Assembly: GCA_963790475.1 (NCBI GenBank)
Contig: CAWBOS010000012.1
Coordinates: 864,001 to 928,000 of the forward strand
Length of the DNA stretch: 64,000 nucleotides
Source: an uncultured delta proteobacterium
GTDB lineage: Bacteria > Desulfobacterota > RBG-13-43-22
Reading direction: 5' to 3'
This document shows, piece after piece, positions 19,927 through 29,001 of the stretch (the stretch's first letter is position 1; every line of letters begins with the position of its first letter). The notes under the pieces were generated by a model. It saw nothing but the letters and a program-made list of their open reading frames with translations, was not told the DNA's origin and made no database searches. A program made the position numbers and the translations under genes.

Positions 19927-21162
19927 TCAGACCATCAATCGCGTTTCTTCCAGATTATCTTTGATGGTTTTCAGAAACTGCCCGGCCAGCGCGCCATCGA
20001 TGATACGGTGATCGAATGTCAGGCTGAGGGCCAGCCGTGGTTCGGCCACCACCAATCCTTCGCGGACCCAGGGTTTTTCAATGATGCGCCCCACACCGAG
20101 AATCGCGCTTTCCGGCGGGTTGATGATGGGGGTGAAATGATCGATATCACTGCTTCCCATATTAGTAATGGTAAAGGTACCGGCTTGGAGATCATCGGGA
20201 AGCAGCCTCTTGCCGGCCGCTTTCTCTGCCAGTTCGTCCAGTTCTCCTGAAATGTCCCGGATAGATTTTGTGTCGGCGTTCCGGATTTTGGGTACGAGCA
20301 GGCCGTCACCGAAATCCATGGCCACGCCGATATGAATCTGCTCCCAGATTTTAATATCCTGACCGGCTACCGAAGCATTGAGCAGGGGATAGCGACGCAG
20401 CGCCAGAGCGGCGGCCTTGACAATGATCGCGTTATAAGAAACCGGGGACGCTTCTTCCTCCCGCGGATCATTAAGAGCCAATCTCAGGTCACGCAATTGA
20501 AGGGCGGAAGCTTCAGTATGCAGAGTTAACTGGGCCTGGGTCGTCAGGCTCAGCATCATGTTTTCGCTGATTATCTTTCTGATTCCGCGTATGGGAATTT
20601 CTTGAGCGGTAGTGAGCAGCGGGGATGGCCGGAGATCATCATCCCTTTCAGCAGGCTTTTTGCTGAGGGCCTCCACGGCCCGTTCCACATCCTCCAACAT
20701 GATCCGCCCTCCGGCTCCGCTGCCGGGAATGGTATGCAGATCAATACCCTGTTCAATCGCCAGTTTTCTGGCGACAGGCGTGGCGATGATGCGACCACCG
20801 CCGGCCGGAGGCCGGTCGCCGATCGCCAGGGAGCCCTTTTGCCCACCTTGCTCCCGGTTTGCGGGAGCCTCCGGCGACTTTGTCTGACTGGCGGCCTGGC
20901 GATCTCCTAAAGCCTTCAGTTCAATTTCATCGACGGCAATATACCCGATCACTTCTCCGACCGCGAAACGTTGTCCGGGCGAGGCAATCGGATAAACCAA
21001 TCCCGAAGCCGGCGCCGGTACCTCAAAAGTAACCTTGTCGGTTTCGATTACACAAACAATCTGTTTTTCGGCAACAGGATTTCCGGCCTGGATCAACCAT
21101 TGGGCGACCGTGGCTTCCTTCATAGTCAGACCAAGCTTGGGGATTTTAATCTCTACAGCCAT
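19927..21162 (-). CDS. acoC: Dihydrolipoamide acetyltransferase (E2)
   Basis: Lipoyl ETDKV, E3-binding ATPVAR...GSGAGGRI, catalytic FDHRIIDG. Confidence 0.9.
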   Translation of the reverse strand: MAVEIKIPKLGLTMKEATVAQWLIQAGNPVAEKQIVCVIETDKVTFEVPAPASGLVYPIASPGQRFAVGEVIGYIAVDEIELKALGDRQAASQTKSPEAPANREQGGQKGSLAIGDRPPAGGGRIIATPVARKLAIEQGIDLHTIPGSGAGGRIMLEDVERAVEALSKKPAERDDDLRPSPLLTTAQEIPIRGIRKIISENMMLSLTTQAQLTLHTEASALQLRDLRLALNDPREEEASPVSYNAIIVKAAALALRRYPLLNASVAGQDIKIWEQIHIGVAMDFGDGLLVPKIRNADTKSIRDISGELDELAEKAAGKRLLPDDLQAGTFTITNMGSSDIDHFTPIINPPESAILGVGRIIEKPWVREGLVVAEPRLALSLTFDHRIIDGALAGQFLKTIKDNLEETRLMV

Positions 21163-21337
21163 ACAAATACCTCAGGTTGCCGCCAGGGCGGCTTTCAGGG
21201 GTCAGTCCTCAGCGGCAAAAACCAGTTTAAAGTTTGGTAACACTTTAGCCTTATAAAAAAAACTGTTAAATCCTGTCTGATAAAAGTACTGGAATTTCAA
21301 AAAGCTAAACGATACAAAGTCTGGTATCGTAAGGCCA

Positions 21338-22312
21338 TCACTTCATAATCGAGCGGATGGCATTGCTGATGGCGGGCTCACCGGGCAGATAGGCCGCCTC
21401 CAAAATAGGTGAAAAGGGCACCGGACAAAAAGGCGCCCCGAGGCGCATAATGGGGGCATCCAAATAATCAAAGGCTTTTTCGGCTACCAGGGCGGCGATC
21501 TCGGCACCGCATCCGGCGAACTTGACCGCCTCATGAACTATGATCAGGCGATGGGTTTTTTTGACCGATTCCAGGATAGCGGTTTCATCCAGAGGCTGCA
21601 GGCTGCGCGGGTCCAGGACCTCGACACTGAGGCCATCGGGTTCGGCCTTTTCAGCCGCGCTCAGGGCGTGTTGAACCATATGCCCGGTGGCCACCACGGT
21701 GACATCCGTTCCCGGCCGTTTGATATCGGCACTGCCGATGGCAATCGTGTAGGATCCTTCGGGTACTTCGCCTTTGATGCCATACAGCAACTTGTGCTCC
21801 AGGCAAATGACCGGATTGTCGTCCCGGATGGCGGTGATCAACAAACCCTTGGCATCGTAAGGCGTGCTGGGCATGACTACCTTGATACCCGGGATGTGCA
21901 TGAAAAAGGCCTCCAGCGACTGGGAATGTTGCGCCCCGGCCCCTACGCCGGCTCCAAAGTTGGCGCGCACCACCATGGGGATTTTGGCCTTGCCGCCGAA
22001 CATAAAGCGCATCTTGGCCGCCTGGTTGAGAATCTGGTCCAGGCAAACGCCGATGAAATCGACGAACATCAGAGAGACCACCGGCCGCAAGCCCAGGGCC
22101 GCCGCCCCGGCGGCGGCGCCCACGAAGCCGCTTTCGGTGATGGGGGTGTCTATCACCCTTTTCTCACCGAATTTGGCGTACAGCCCTCCGGTTGTACCAA
22201 ATGCCCCCCCGGCCTGACCGATATCCTCGCCGATCAGGAAGACCTCGGGGTCCCTTTCCATTTCCAATTCCATCGCGTTTCTGATGGCTAAAGACATATT
22301 CATCTGGGTCAT
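21338..22312 (-). CDS. acoB: Acetoin/pyruvate dehydrogenase E1 beta
   Basis: GEDIG, DTPITE, DQILNQAAKMRFMFGG, AQHSQS. Confidence 0.9.
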   Translation of the reverse strand: MTQMNMSLAIRNAMELEMERDPEVFLIGEDIGQAGGAFGTTGGLYAKFGEKRVIDTPITESGFVGAAAGAAALGLRPVVSLMFVDFIGVCLDQILNQAAKMRFMFGGKAKIPMVVRANFGAGVGAGAQHSQSLEAFFMHIPGIKVVMPSTPYDAKGLLITAIRDDNPVICLEHKLLYGIKGEVPEGSYTIAIGSADIKRPGTDVTVVATGHMVQHALSAAEKAEPDGLSVEVLDPRSLQPLDETAILESVKKTHRLIIVHEAVKFAGCGAEIAALVAEKAFDYLDAPIMRLGAPFCPVPFSPILEAAYLPGEPAISNAIRSIMK

Positions 22313-22324
22313 GATATCCTCCTG

Positions 22325-23290
22325 TCAGGCATAAACGTCATTTAAAAGATCGGAAACATCCGGCACCGGGCTCTTTTCGGCAAAGGAAACCGCCTCTTCG
22401 ATCTCCTGCCGGATGGCGGCATCCAGGGCCTCCAGTCGACCGGGGTCGACCAGTCCCTGTTCGATCAGCTGTTTTTTAAAACGCAGGATAGGATCTTTGG
22501 ATTCGGATTGCCATTGGGCGACTTCCTCTTTGGTTCGGTAGACCTCGGGATCCCCCACATAATGGCCGCGGTGGCGATAGGTGCGAAACTCCAGCATGGA
22601 CGGACCATGTCCCTTTCGTGCCCTTTGGATGGCCTCGCCGGAGGCTTCATGGACGGCCATGACATCATTCCCGTCCACTGAAATCTGGGGCATGCCGTAC
22701 CCCGCTGCCCGATCGCAAATGCATTCGATACGCTGGTGATCGGCCTGACGGGTGAATTCGCCGAAGCCGTTATTTTCGACGGCGAAAATAACCGGCAGGT
22801 TTTTTACCGAGGCCAGGTTCATGGCCTCGTGGACGGTGCCCTGGTTGGAGGCGCCGTCGCCGAAAAAGGAGACGCAGACGTCGTCGGTCCCCCGGTACCA
22901 GGCTGCCAGACCGGCACCCGCCGCCAGGGGCGGGCCGCCGCCGACGATGCCGTTAGCGCCCAGGATGCCGAGGTCCAGATCGGCGATGTGCATGGAGCCG
23001 CCTTTCCCCTTGCAGTAACCGGTGGATTTGCCGAACAACTCGGCCATCATTTTTTTGATATCACCGCCCTTGGCAATCAAATGGCCGTGACCGCGATGGG
23101 TGCTGGTAATGAAGTCACTGGTGCGCAGGTTGGCGCAAACGCCGGCGGCCACGGCCTCCTGGCCGATATAAAGATGGACGAAGCCGGAAATTTTGGCGGC
23201 CATCACCAGCGCCTCCAGCTTTTCCTCAAAGCGACGGATTTTCAGCATGGTGCCGAACAGGTTGATCATGGTTTCTTTAGAAACAGTCAT
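22325..23290 (-). CDS. acoA: Acetoin/pyruvate dehydrogenase E1 alpha
   Basis: GFVHLYIGQEA, STHRGHGH, GKGGSMH, FFGDGASN TPP motif. Confidence 0.9.
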   Translation of the reverse strand: MTVSKETMINLFGTMLKIRRFEEKLEALVMAAKISGFVHLYIGQEAVAAGVCANLRTSDFITSTHRGHGHLIAKGGDIKKMMAELFGKSTGYCKGKGGSMHIADLDLGILGANGIVGGGPPLAAGAGLAAWYRGTDDVCVSFFGDGASNQGTVHEAMNLASVKNLPVIFAVENNGFGEFTRQADHQRIECICDRAAGYGMPQISVDGNDVMAVHEASGEAIQRARKGHGPSMLEFRTYRHRGHYVGDPEVYRTKEEVAQWQSESKDPILRFKKQLIEQGLVDPGRLEALDAAIRQEIEEAVSFAEKSPVPDVSDLLNDVYA

Positions 23291-23374
23291 AAGTGTTCTC
23301 CCTTCATCCGCTTATAGGGGATCGTGTTATTAGATTTCTTGTTCCTTATTAACGGGACGCGAAAATCTCTTTTT

Positions 23375-23506
23375 TTACAGGTTGCTCAAAAAGGTCCAAA
23401 TACAAGGCGCCCGAAACCCCGAGGAATGAGGCGTACATCGAAGTACGCCGCAATGACGAGGGGTGAGGGCAACGCAGTAGATGGGCCTTTTTCAGCAATC
23501 TGTTAA
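23375..23506. repeat. MITE-like palindromic repeat, family B
   Basis: Terminal IR acaggttgctcaaaaaggtcc...gggcctttttcagcaatctgt; collapsed mini-copy acagattgctcagcaatctgt near 31005-31025. Confidence 0.65.
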
Positions 23507-23510
23507 TCCA

Positions 23511-24121
23511 TCAATGCATTTCCATGCCGCCGTCCACATTTATGGCCTGCCCGGTAACGTGCCTTGCTTTTACCAGATAAAGCACCAGGTCAGCCACATC
23601 TTCCGGGGTCTGAGCCTGGCCTTGGGGAATCGTACTCACATGACGTTGCCAGGATTCCTCGATGCTCTCCTCAGGTCTTTTGAAGGTTCGGGCCAGATAT
23701 TCCCACATGGCGGTGTAAACGATGCCGGGACATACGGCGTTTACCGTAATATTTGTTTTGGCCAGCTCTTTGGCCAGGGCGTTGGTGAATCCGACGACTG
23801 CAAACTTGGAGGCGCAATAAGCCGACATGGTAGGAACCCCATTCTTACCGGCAACAGAGGCGATGTTGACTATGGAACCCCAGGGTTGTCGGCGTAAATA
23901 GGGTATAACGAACTTGCAGCACAAAAAGACCCCTTTGACATTGATGTCCATGATGCGCTGCCAGTCTTCGACAGACATGTTTTCTACCAAAGCAGACTGC
24001 ACAACGCCGGCGTTGTTGACAGGATGTCGGCACCGGCCGCTGCCAGGGCCAGGGCCACCGCCTTGCCGATACCCCGGCCGGCCCCGGTCACCAGGGCAAT
24101 TTTTCCTTCCAATTCGCTCAT
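23511..24121 (-). pseudogene. SDR oxidoreductase (acetoin reductase/butanediol dehydrogenase-like) with internal deletion and frameshift
   Basis: ATG at 24121 gives MSELEGKIALVTGAGRGIG...GADIL, which abuts VNNAG out of frame; YCASK intact. Confidence 0.85.
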
Positions 24122-24336
24122 CCGCTTTTGAACCCCTCTCTAATGAATTCACCCCAATAACTTCTATATTCCTGGTGAGATGTCAAGATTTTTTCTGCGA
24201 ATGTTGGACTGCTTAACCCGGTATTCTGAAGGAAATAACTAATCCGGGCTTACCCCCATACCCAGGGATCAGAAAGAATAATATCAGGTAATAGCATTAA
24301 TATCTATTTAGCTTTTGAAATTCAAAAACTTTCTTA

Positions 24337-24514
24337 GACAGGATTTACAGGATTACTTTGCATTTTGTGCCTTTCCACCTGCTGGCAGGCAGGGAAAGGC
24401 ACAAACAATATAGTCCTGTGGATAGAAGCCTTAATTTCCGCTGGAAGCGGATCGAGGTTGCTCAGGGCCTGACAGGACCTGAGCAAAATATCTGTAAATC
24501 CTGTTGATCCTGTC
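24337..24514. repeat. Palindromic intergenic repeat, family C
   Basis: Terminal IR gacaggatttacaggatt...aatcctgttgatcctgtc with internal hairpins. Confidence 0.65.
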
Positions 24515-24783
24515 AGATATTTTTCTTCATAAGCCTAAAGTTACAAGCATTATTCCTTATTCCTGACCAACTTTTGACCGGCCTTAATGACGAACCAGCA
24601 TTCAAGAATGGGGGCATTCATCGCCTAGGCCTCTCACCAAGGCCGATAAAAAAGTTTACGGATTTTGAAAAACATGGTATTCGGGTATCAGTAGTCTTTT
24701 CCCCCTAGGTGAGTTCAGGGAAGAATAGGGAGGAACAAGGAAGGTAATCTTCCGCTGTCCTTTCCGAAAAAAAAGAGGTGGTA

Positions 24784-25710
24784 ATGAAACCATGGCCGCT
24801 GAAGTTTTTATTCATTATTTTTCCCTTTTTATTGGCCCTCGACTCCTTCGCTGCCGAACCTGTTAACCTTCACTCCCTTCTGAGCAACCTCATCCAAAGG
24901 ATTCCTCTCCGACAGGATTCGTCCCTGACCGGAACAGCATTCGCACGGACTATCGCGGCCCTGGAGGGACCGGAACGGGAAAAGGCCATCCTGGCCCGAT
25001 TGTCCGAAGGAATTATTCCCGACTACCTGAGAAAATTAAAGGCAGTGTATTTGAGCCATAGATTCAAAGACGGTCATATCGTCAAGGCCACGATCTTTGT
25101 CATGCCCGACTACCTGTCGATCGGTTCGGACCAGGATTTTCTGCTCATCCCGGTGAATCTTCACACAGCCCTGGAAATAGCGGGTCGGCTTGGGTTCATC
25201 CTTCCGACCAAAAAAATGGTCGACCAAATCGTCCAGCAGTCGAATTTTCGTTTCAGCCCTCAACCCCTGCCGGCATGCTCCCAGATGAGATCCACGGCCT
25301 ATTACCTGAAGCACAACCAGATGATCATGGAACAACGCTCGGCTTCAGGTTGCCCTTTGGACGCCCTGGTGTCCGGTCACAAAAAAGATGTGGTCCTGAC
25401 CAATCGTTTGGAAAAGGCCATCGGAAAAATCGCCATTTACGGCTGGCACCGCCTTTCCGGCCTTCCCATTCAACCCCTGAGCACCGTTCATGGGGCCAAT
25501 TACGCCGATTACAGTCACGGGATCCGTCTGGTCAGCGAAACTGTTTTAATCGACGGGAAACCCTGGTCCATTTACGATGTTTTGGAAGATCCGAAGCTGG
25601 CGGCGGTTTTAAGCGACGAAGGACCAATGCCGGGAATCAGAAGATTCCTGGCCCTTCATTATCCTCAGAAGGAAAACTCCTTGATCTCCCGTAAGTCCGA
25701 TCGTTTTTGA
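24784..25710 (+). CDS. Exported hypothetical protein, possible divergent FGE/C-type-lectin fold
   Basis: Signal peptide; MPDYLSIGSD, LPTKKMVD, GHKKDVV, IAIYGWH, YADYSHGIRLV. Confidence 0.75.
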   Translation: MKPWPLKFLFIIFPFLLALDSFAAEPVNLHSLLSNLIQRIPLRQDSSLTGTAFARTIAALEGPEREKAILARLSEGIIPDYLRKLKAVYLSHRFKDGHIVKATIFVMPDYLSIGSDQDFLLIPVNLHTALEIAGRLGFILPTKKMVDQIVQQSNFRFSPQPLPACSQMRSTAYYLKHNQMIMEQRSASGCPLDALVSGHKKDVVLTNRLEKAIGKIAIYGWHRLSGLPIQPLSTVHGANYADYSHGIRLVSETVLIDGKPWSIYDVLEDPKLAAVLSDEGPMPGIRRFLALHYPQKENSLISRKSDRF

Positions 25711-25719
25711 AATACAGAT

Positions 25720-25910
25720 TTCACCGCAGACGCAAAGGCCGCAAAGTTTAAAAATTATTGATCGCCGGTGAGAGGCCGGCGATCAATAGTCTATGCTGCC
25801 CTTCAGGTAATTATTCGGCTGGAGGCCAGAGCTGTGTTTTTATTCCATCCCACCTTCATGGGATTGAATAAAAATAATTCTCTCTGCGATCTTTGCGGCT
25901 TTGCGGTGAA
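25720..25910. repeat. Palindromic intergenic repeat/MITE-like, family A
   Basis: ttcaccgca...tgcggtgaa termini; internal hairpin atcgccgg-tgagagg-ccggcgat; lies between convergent genes. Confidence 0.7.
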
Positions 25911-25943
25911 TAAAAATGTTTTCAAAAGCCTGAGGTGTTTCTT

Positions 25944-26966
25944 CTATTTTTCTTCAATCGATTTGCAGCATCGAAAGCCCAGGTGATAATTGTGGTGACT
26001 GTCCGGGTCCATCACCCGGCTTCCGTGCCAGAAGGGGGCCCGCCAGCGGCACCAGTCCGGATGGGCGTAGTAGGTGTCGAAAATAAACCAGCTTCCCTTC
26101 ATCTCCGTGTATCCCAATTCCAGGCTGCCTCGACTGGCCATCTGGCTTTCATTCAAAGGAAGGTTCATATGTTCGGCCGCATTGCCCTCGAGATCATAGA
26201 CGCCTAAGGCGCTGCGGCAGTCGGGATAAGAGCCGGCCGGGAAGGTATTGGACCCGCAGCCGGTCCAACTCCCTCCGGTACAACCGGGGGTCTTGTGGCT
26301 GGAAGCGGCACATATCCCTTTTTCATAGTGATCGCCGTAAGCCCAGTTCTTATGGGCCTCGTAGAACTTATTATGGGCCTGTCTCATTCTGGCGATGGCC
26401 GTCCGGGGAGGGACTCCCCTGGCCAGGTCAAACCGGTAATCCGGCGGCAGGAGGGCACCGGCACAGGCCCCCTCCCATTCATGGGCGTCGCACAGGCGCT
26501 TGCCCACCGCCCGGCAAATCTGGGCGGCTTCGCGGGCCCTCACCCAGACTACCGGATAGGCACAGGGGATGTCGGGAAATTCGAACTGATCGATACAGGC
26601 CTTGGCCTCCTCGGCCTTTTCCTTGGCCGGATTATAAAGGGGGGCCATGAATTTCGCCCCACAGATTTTTTCAAAGGTCTGATTTTCATAAACGACTTTG
26701 AGCCGATCGAGTTTTTCCTGACAGGCCTGGGGAGTCATGGGGTGCTCGGTGATAGCCGGATTGCCTTGGCCGATATAACCGGATTTGTTGAATATGTCCC
26801 GCACGTCCTCCATTTGCCGATAGGACAGGCCGTGGACCTGCTTAAGCTGTTCAAGAAGATGGGCGTTCCTTTCTTTGAGGGACTGGGCGGGTACCGGCGT
26901 CCAGGAAAAAAGAACCGTACCGGCCGTCATCAGAACTACCAGGGAAAACAATCGACTGATTTTCAC
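25944..26966 (-). CDS. Exported SUMF1/FGE-sulfatase-domain protein, Cys-rich
   Basis: Signal peptide; CIDQFEFP, GKRLCDAHEWEGAC, GVYDLEGNAAE, LGFRCC. Confidence 0.85.
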   Translation of the reverse strand: MKISRLFSLVVLMTAGTVLFSWTPVPAQSLKERNAHLLEQLKQVHGLSYRQMEDVRDIFNKSGYIGQGNPAITEHPMTPQACQEKLDRLKVVYENQTFEKICGAKFMAPLYNPAKEKAEEAKACIDQFEFPDIPCAYPVVWVRAREAAQICRAVGKRLCDAHEWEGACAGALLPPDYRFDLARGVPPRTAIARMRQAHNKFYEAHKNWAYGDHYEKGICAASSHKTPGCTGGSWTGCGSNTFPAGSYPDCRSALGVYDLEGNAAEHMNLPLNESQMASRGSLELGYTEMKGSWFIFDTYYAHPDWCRWRAPFWHGSRVMDPDSHHNYHLGFRCCKSIEEK

Positions 26967-28711
26967 GGGGCCTCCTTTCGCGTCAGGTAGAAAAAATCCC
27001 GGTCATCGGCATACCCTAGAAAACGGGGGATATACCGCCCTTTGTCCTCTAAATCGATTTCATTCATGCGTCGGATCAAGTGTTGGATATAAAGATTGCT
27101 TCCGTCCCTCTGATAGACGGCCAGATAGGTATGAACCGGGGCATTCATATCCAATAACAGGGCGTAACTGCATTGGTAGGCCTGAAAAACGCGGGCCATG
27201 GCCGACGGGGTGGCGCTCCAGAAAAAGGCATAAAGTAAAAAGCGTTTTCCACCGGACTCCTGCAAGGCCGCGCCGGACCGCAGGGCCTGCAGCTTCTCGG
27301 CGGCTGAGCCGGACCAATTACCCGGTCCCCAACGGGCCACTAATGGACCCGGAAGGGACAGACGGGTGGCGGAATCAAACCCGTCGATAAGGGGGACGCC
27401 ATTCTGGCGGGCATATCGGATCAGGGGGAGGAGCCGGTTGTCGGCTTCGGTCCAGGTCTTCATCACCACTTCCCCATCATTCAGGACAAAGATGGTGGCC
27501 AGCTCCGGCTGCAGTCGACTGAAGATGACCCCGTTTTCCAGAAAGCCGTAATGGCTGCCGTGATTCTTTAAAGACAATGGTCCATATTTGAAGGCCCCTT
27601 GGAGGCGTTTAAATCCGCCGGTGAAGGTGGCCGCGGTACGAGGCCGGTCCACAGGGTTGATCAGACCCGTTCGTATCAGGGGGGCCGCGGTGTTTATCCC
27701 ATCCGGTCCGCTCAAGGATTTGTCTTTCATTTGAGGCGGTATGTGCGGAGACCAGCCCAGGGAAGGATGGTTGGTTCCCAGGGCGTAATGCAGATTAAAT
27801 TGATCCAGATCGAAAGCGATCAGGTAGACCAACTCGCCCATCTCCACGCTATTCAGGTCATTTACTATTTTTTTATAACTTCCCAGAATATTCGCCGCGA
27901 TCACCTTGGGGATGATGATACTGACATAGATACCGGGATTGCCCCGGGCCGGATACCAGTTTCCCAGGACCATCCCATCCGGACCGGCACCCTGGGCGGT
28001 AATGCCCAGATCGACCGGTTTTACCAGGAGGTTGCCTTGCTTGGGGTCCAGCAAAGCGGGGATTGGCGCCTGTGAAGTCTGGGGGGGCGGCCCCTCGGCC
28101 GGTTTCGATGGTACTTTTTCTTCGGCTTTTTCCTCATATAGATAGCCAAAGACCGTGTCTCGCACCCAGACAACGATTTCATCCCCCTGAGGAATTTTTT
28201 TTCGGAGGAAATCGGTCACCTTTTCTATAGGGGTCTGATGCCCTTTGGTCGGATGGAGCAGGTAGAGCCTTTTGGCACAGAGCGGGGCAAATGGAAGGTG
28301 CTTATCCAGAGCCGATTGCAGACTTTCAGGGGCCTTTGATCCCCAGAGATCACAGAGGGAACTTTGTCCTTTTTCACTGAAGACCACTCCCTTGGGATCC
28401 AGAAGGAGACTTTGGGTTTTACGATTCGAATTCTCCAGGTGAAAAGTCTGCCCCGTCGGACTTCCCTGCCATTTAAGATCGAGCAGGTACCAGGCATTGA
28501 TATTGGGATTCAAGTTGATTAGGGTGGCCAGGCCTTCCCGACCCGGACCTTCCTGGACGGGGCTGGAAGTGGTCCGGGAAAAAGGCTGCAGATCAAGAAT
28601 GTTTTTCGGCCTTTCTTCCGACCGGGACAAAGGGGCCCACAGGCCGTCACCGGCCAGGGCCAGGGCCAATAAAAGCAAAACAAAACCTATGCGGGCTTTC
28701 ACATTCTTCAT
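26963..28711 (-). CDS. Exported hypothetical protein with NAGPA/phosphodiester-glycosidase-like C-terminal domain
   Basis: N-terminal signal/TM; ATFTGGFK, RQNGVPL, RSG and ALLLDMN motifs; GTGA overlap with the next gene. Confidence 0.7.
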   Translation of the reverse strand: MKNVKARIGFVLLLLALALAGDGLWAPLSRSEERPKNILDLQPFSRTTSSPVQEGPGREGLATLINLNPNINAWYLLDLKWQGSPTGQTFHLENSNRKTQSLLLDPKGVVFSEKGQSSLCDLWGSKAPESLQSALDKHLPFAPLCAKRLYLLHPTKGHQTPIEKVTDFLRKKIPQGDEIVVWVRDTVFGYLYEEKAEEKVPSKPAEGPPPQTSQAPIPALLDPKQGNLLVKPVDLGITAQGAGPDGMVLGNWYPARGNPGIYVSIIIPKVIAANILGSYKKIVNDLNSVEMGELVYLIAFDLDQFNLHYALGTNHPSLGWSPHIPPQMKDKSLSGPDGINTAAPLIRTGLINPVDRPRTAATFTGGFKRLQGAFKYGPLSLKNHGSHYGFLENGVIFSRLQPELATIFVLNDGEVVMKTWTEADNRLLPLIRYARQNGVPLIDGFDSATRLSLPGPLVARWGPGNWSGSAAEKLQALRSGAALQESGGKRFLLYAFFWSATPSAMARVFQAYQCSYALLLDMNAPVHTYLAVYQRDGSNLYIQHLIRRMNEIDLEDKGRYIPRFLGYADDRDFFYLTRKEAP

Positions 28712-29001
28712 CCTTTTTCAGGTCCTGATGCTTTACATGATGCCATAAATCACAGAAAAAAGGGACGGAATTAATTATAGCTGAAAGGGATCTCAATAAT
28801 CATCTATATTATATCTTGCCGCTAATCTTTGCCGCAAGAGGGTATATCTTTTCTCTTGATTTTCCTTTTGACGAAGCCCCGGGGAGACGTTACTATAAAA
28901 TTGAAACGGAATGAACCCATTTGCGGTTACCTTAAAATGGGACATTCCGAAATTGAAATACCGAACCTTTTGTTCGCCCGGAGTTGCGCCCCCTGCAGAA
29001 T

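Noticed and set aside
25944-26100. FGE-fold C-terminus as a diversity-generating retroelement target
   Set aside because: No reverse transcriptase and no adenine-variant template repeat seen in the window.
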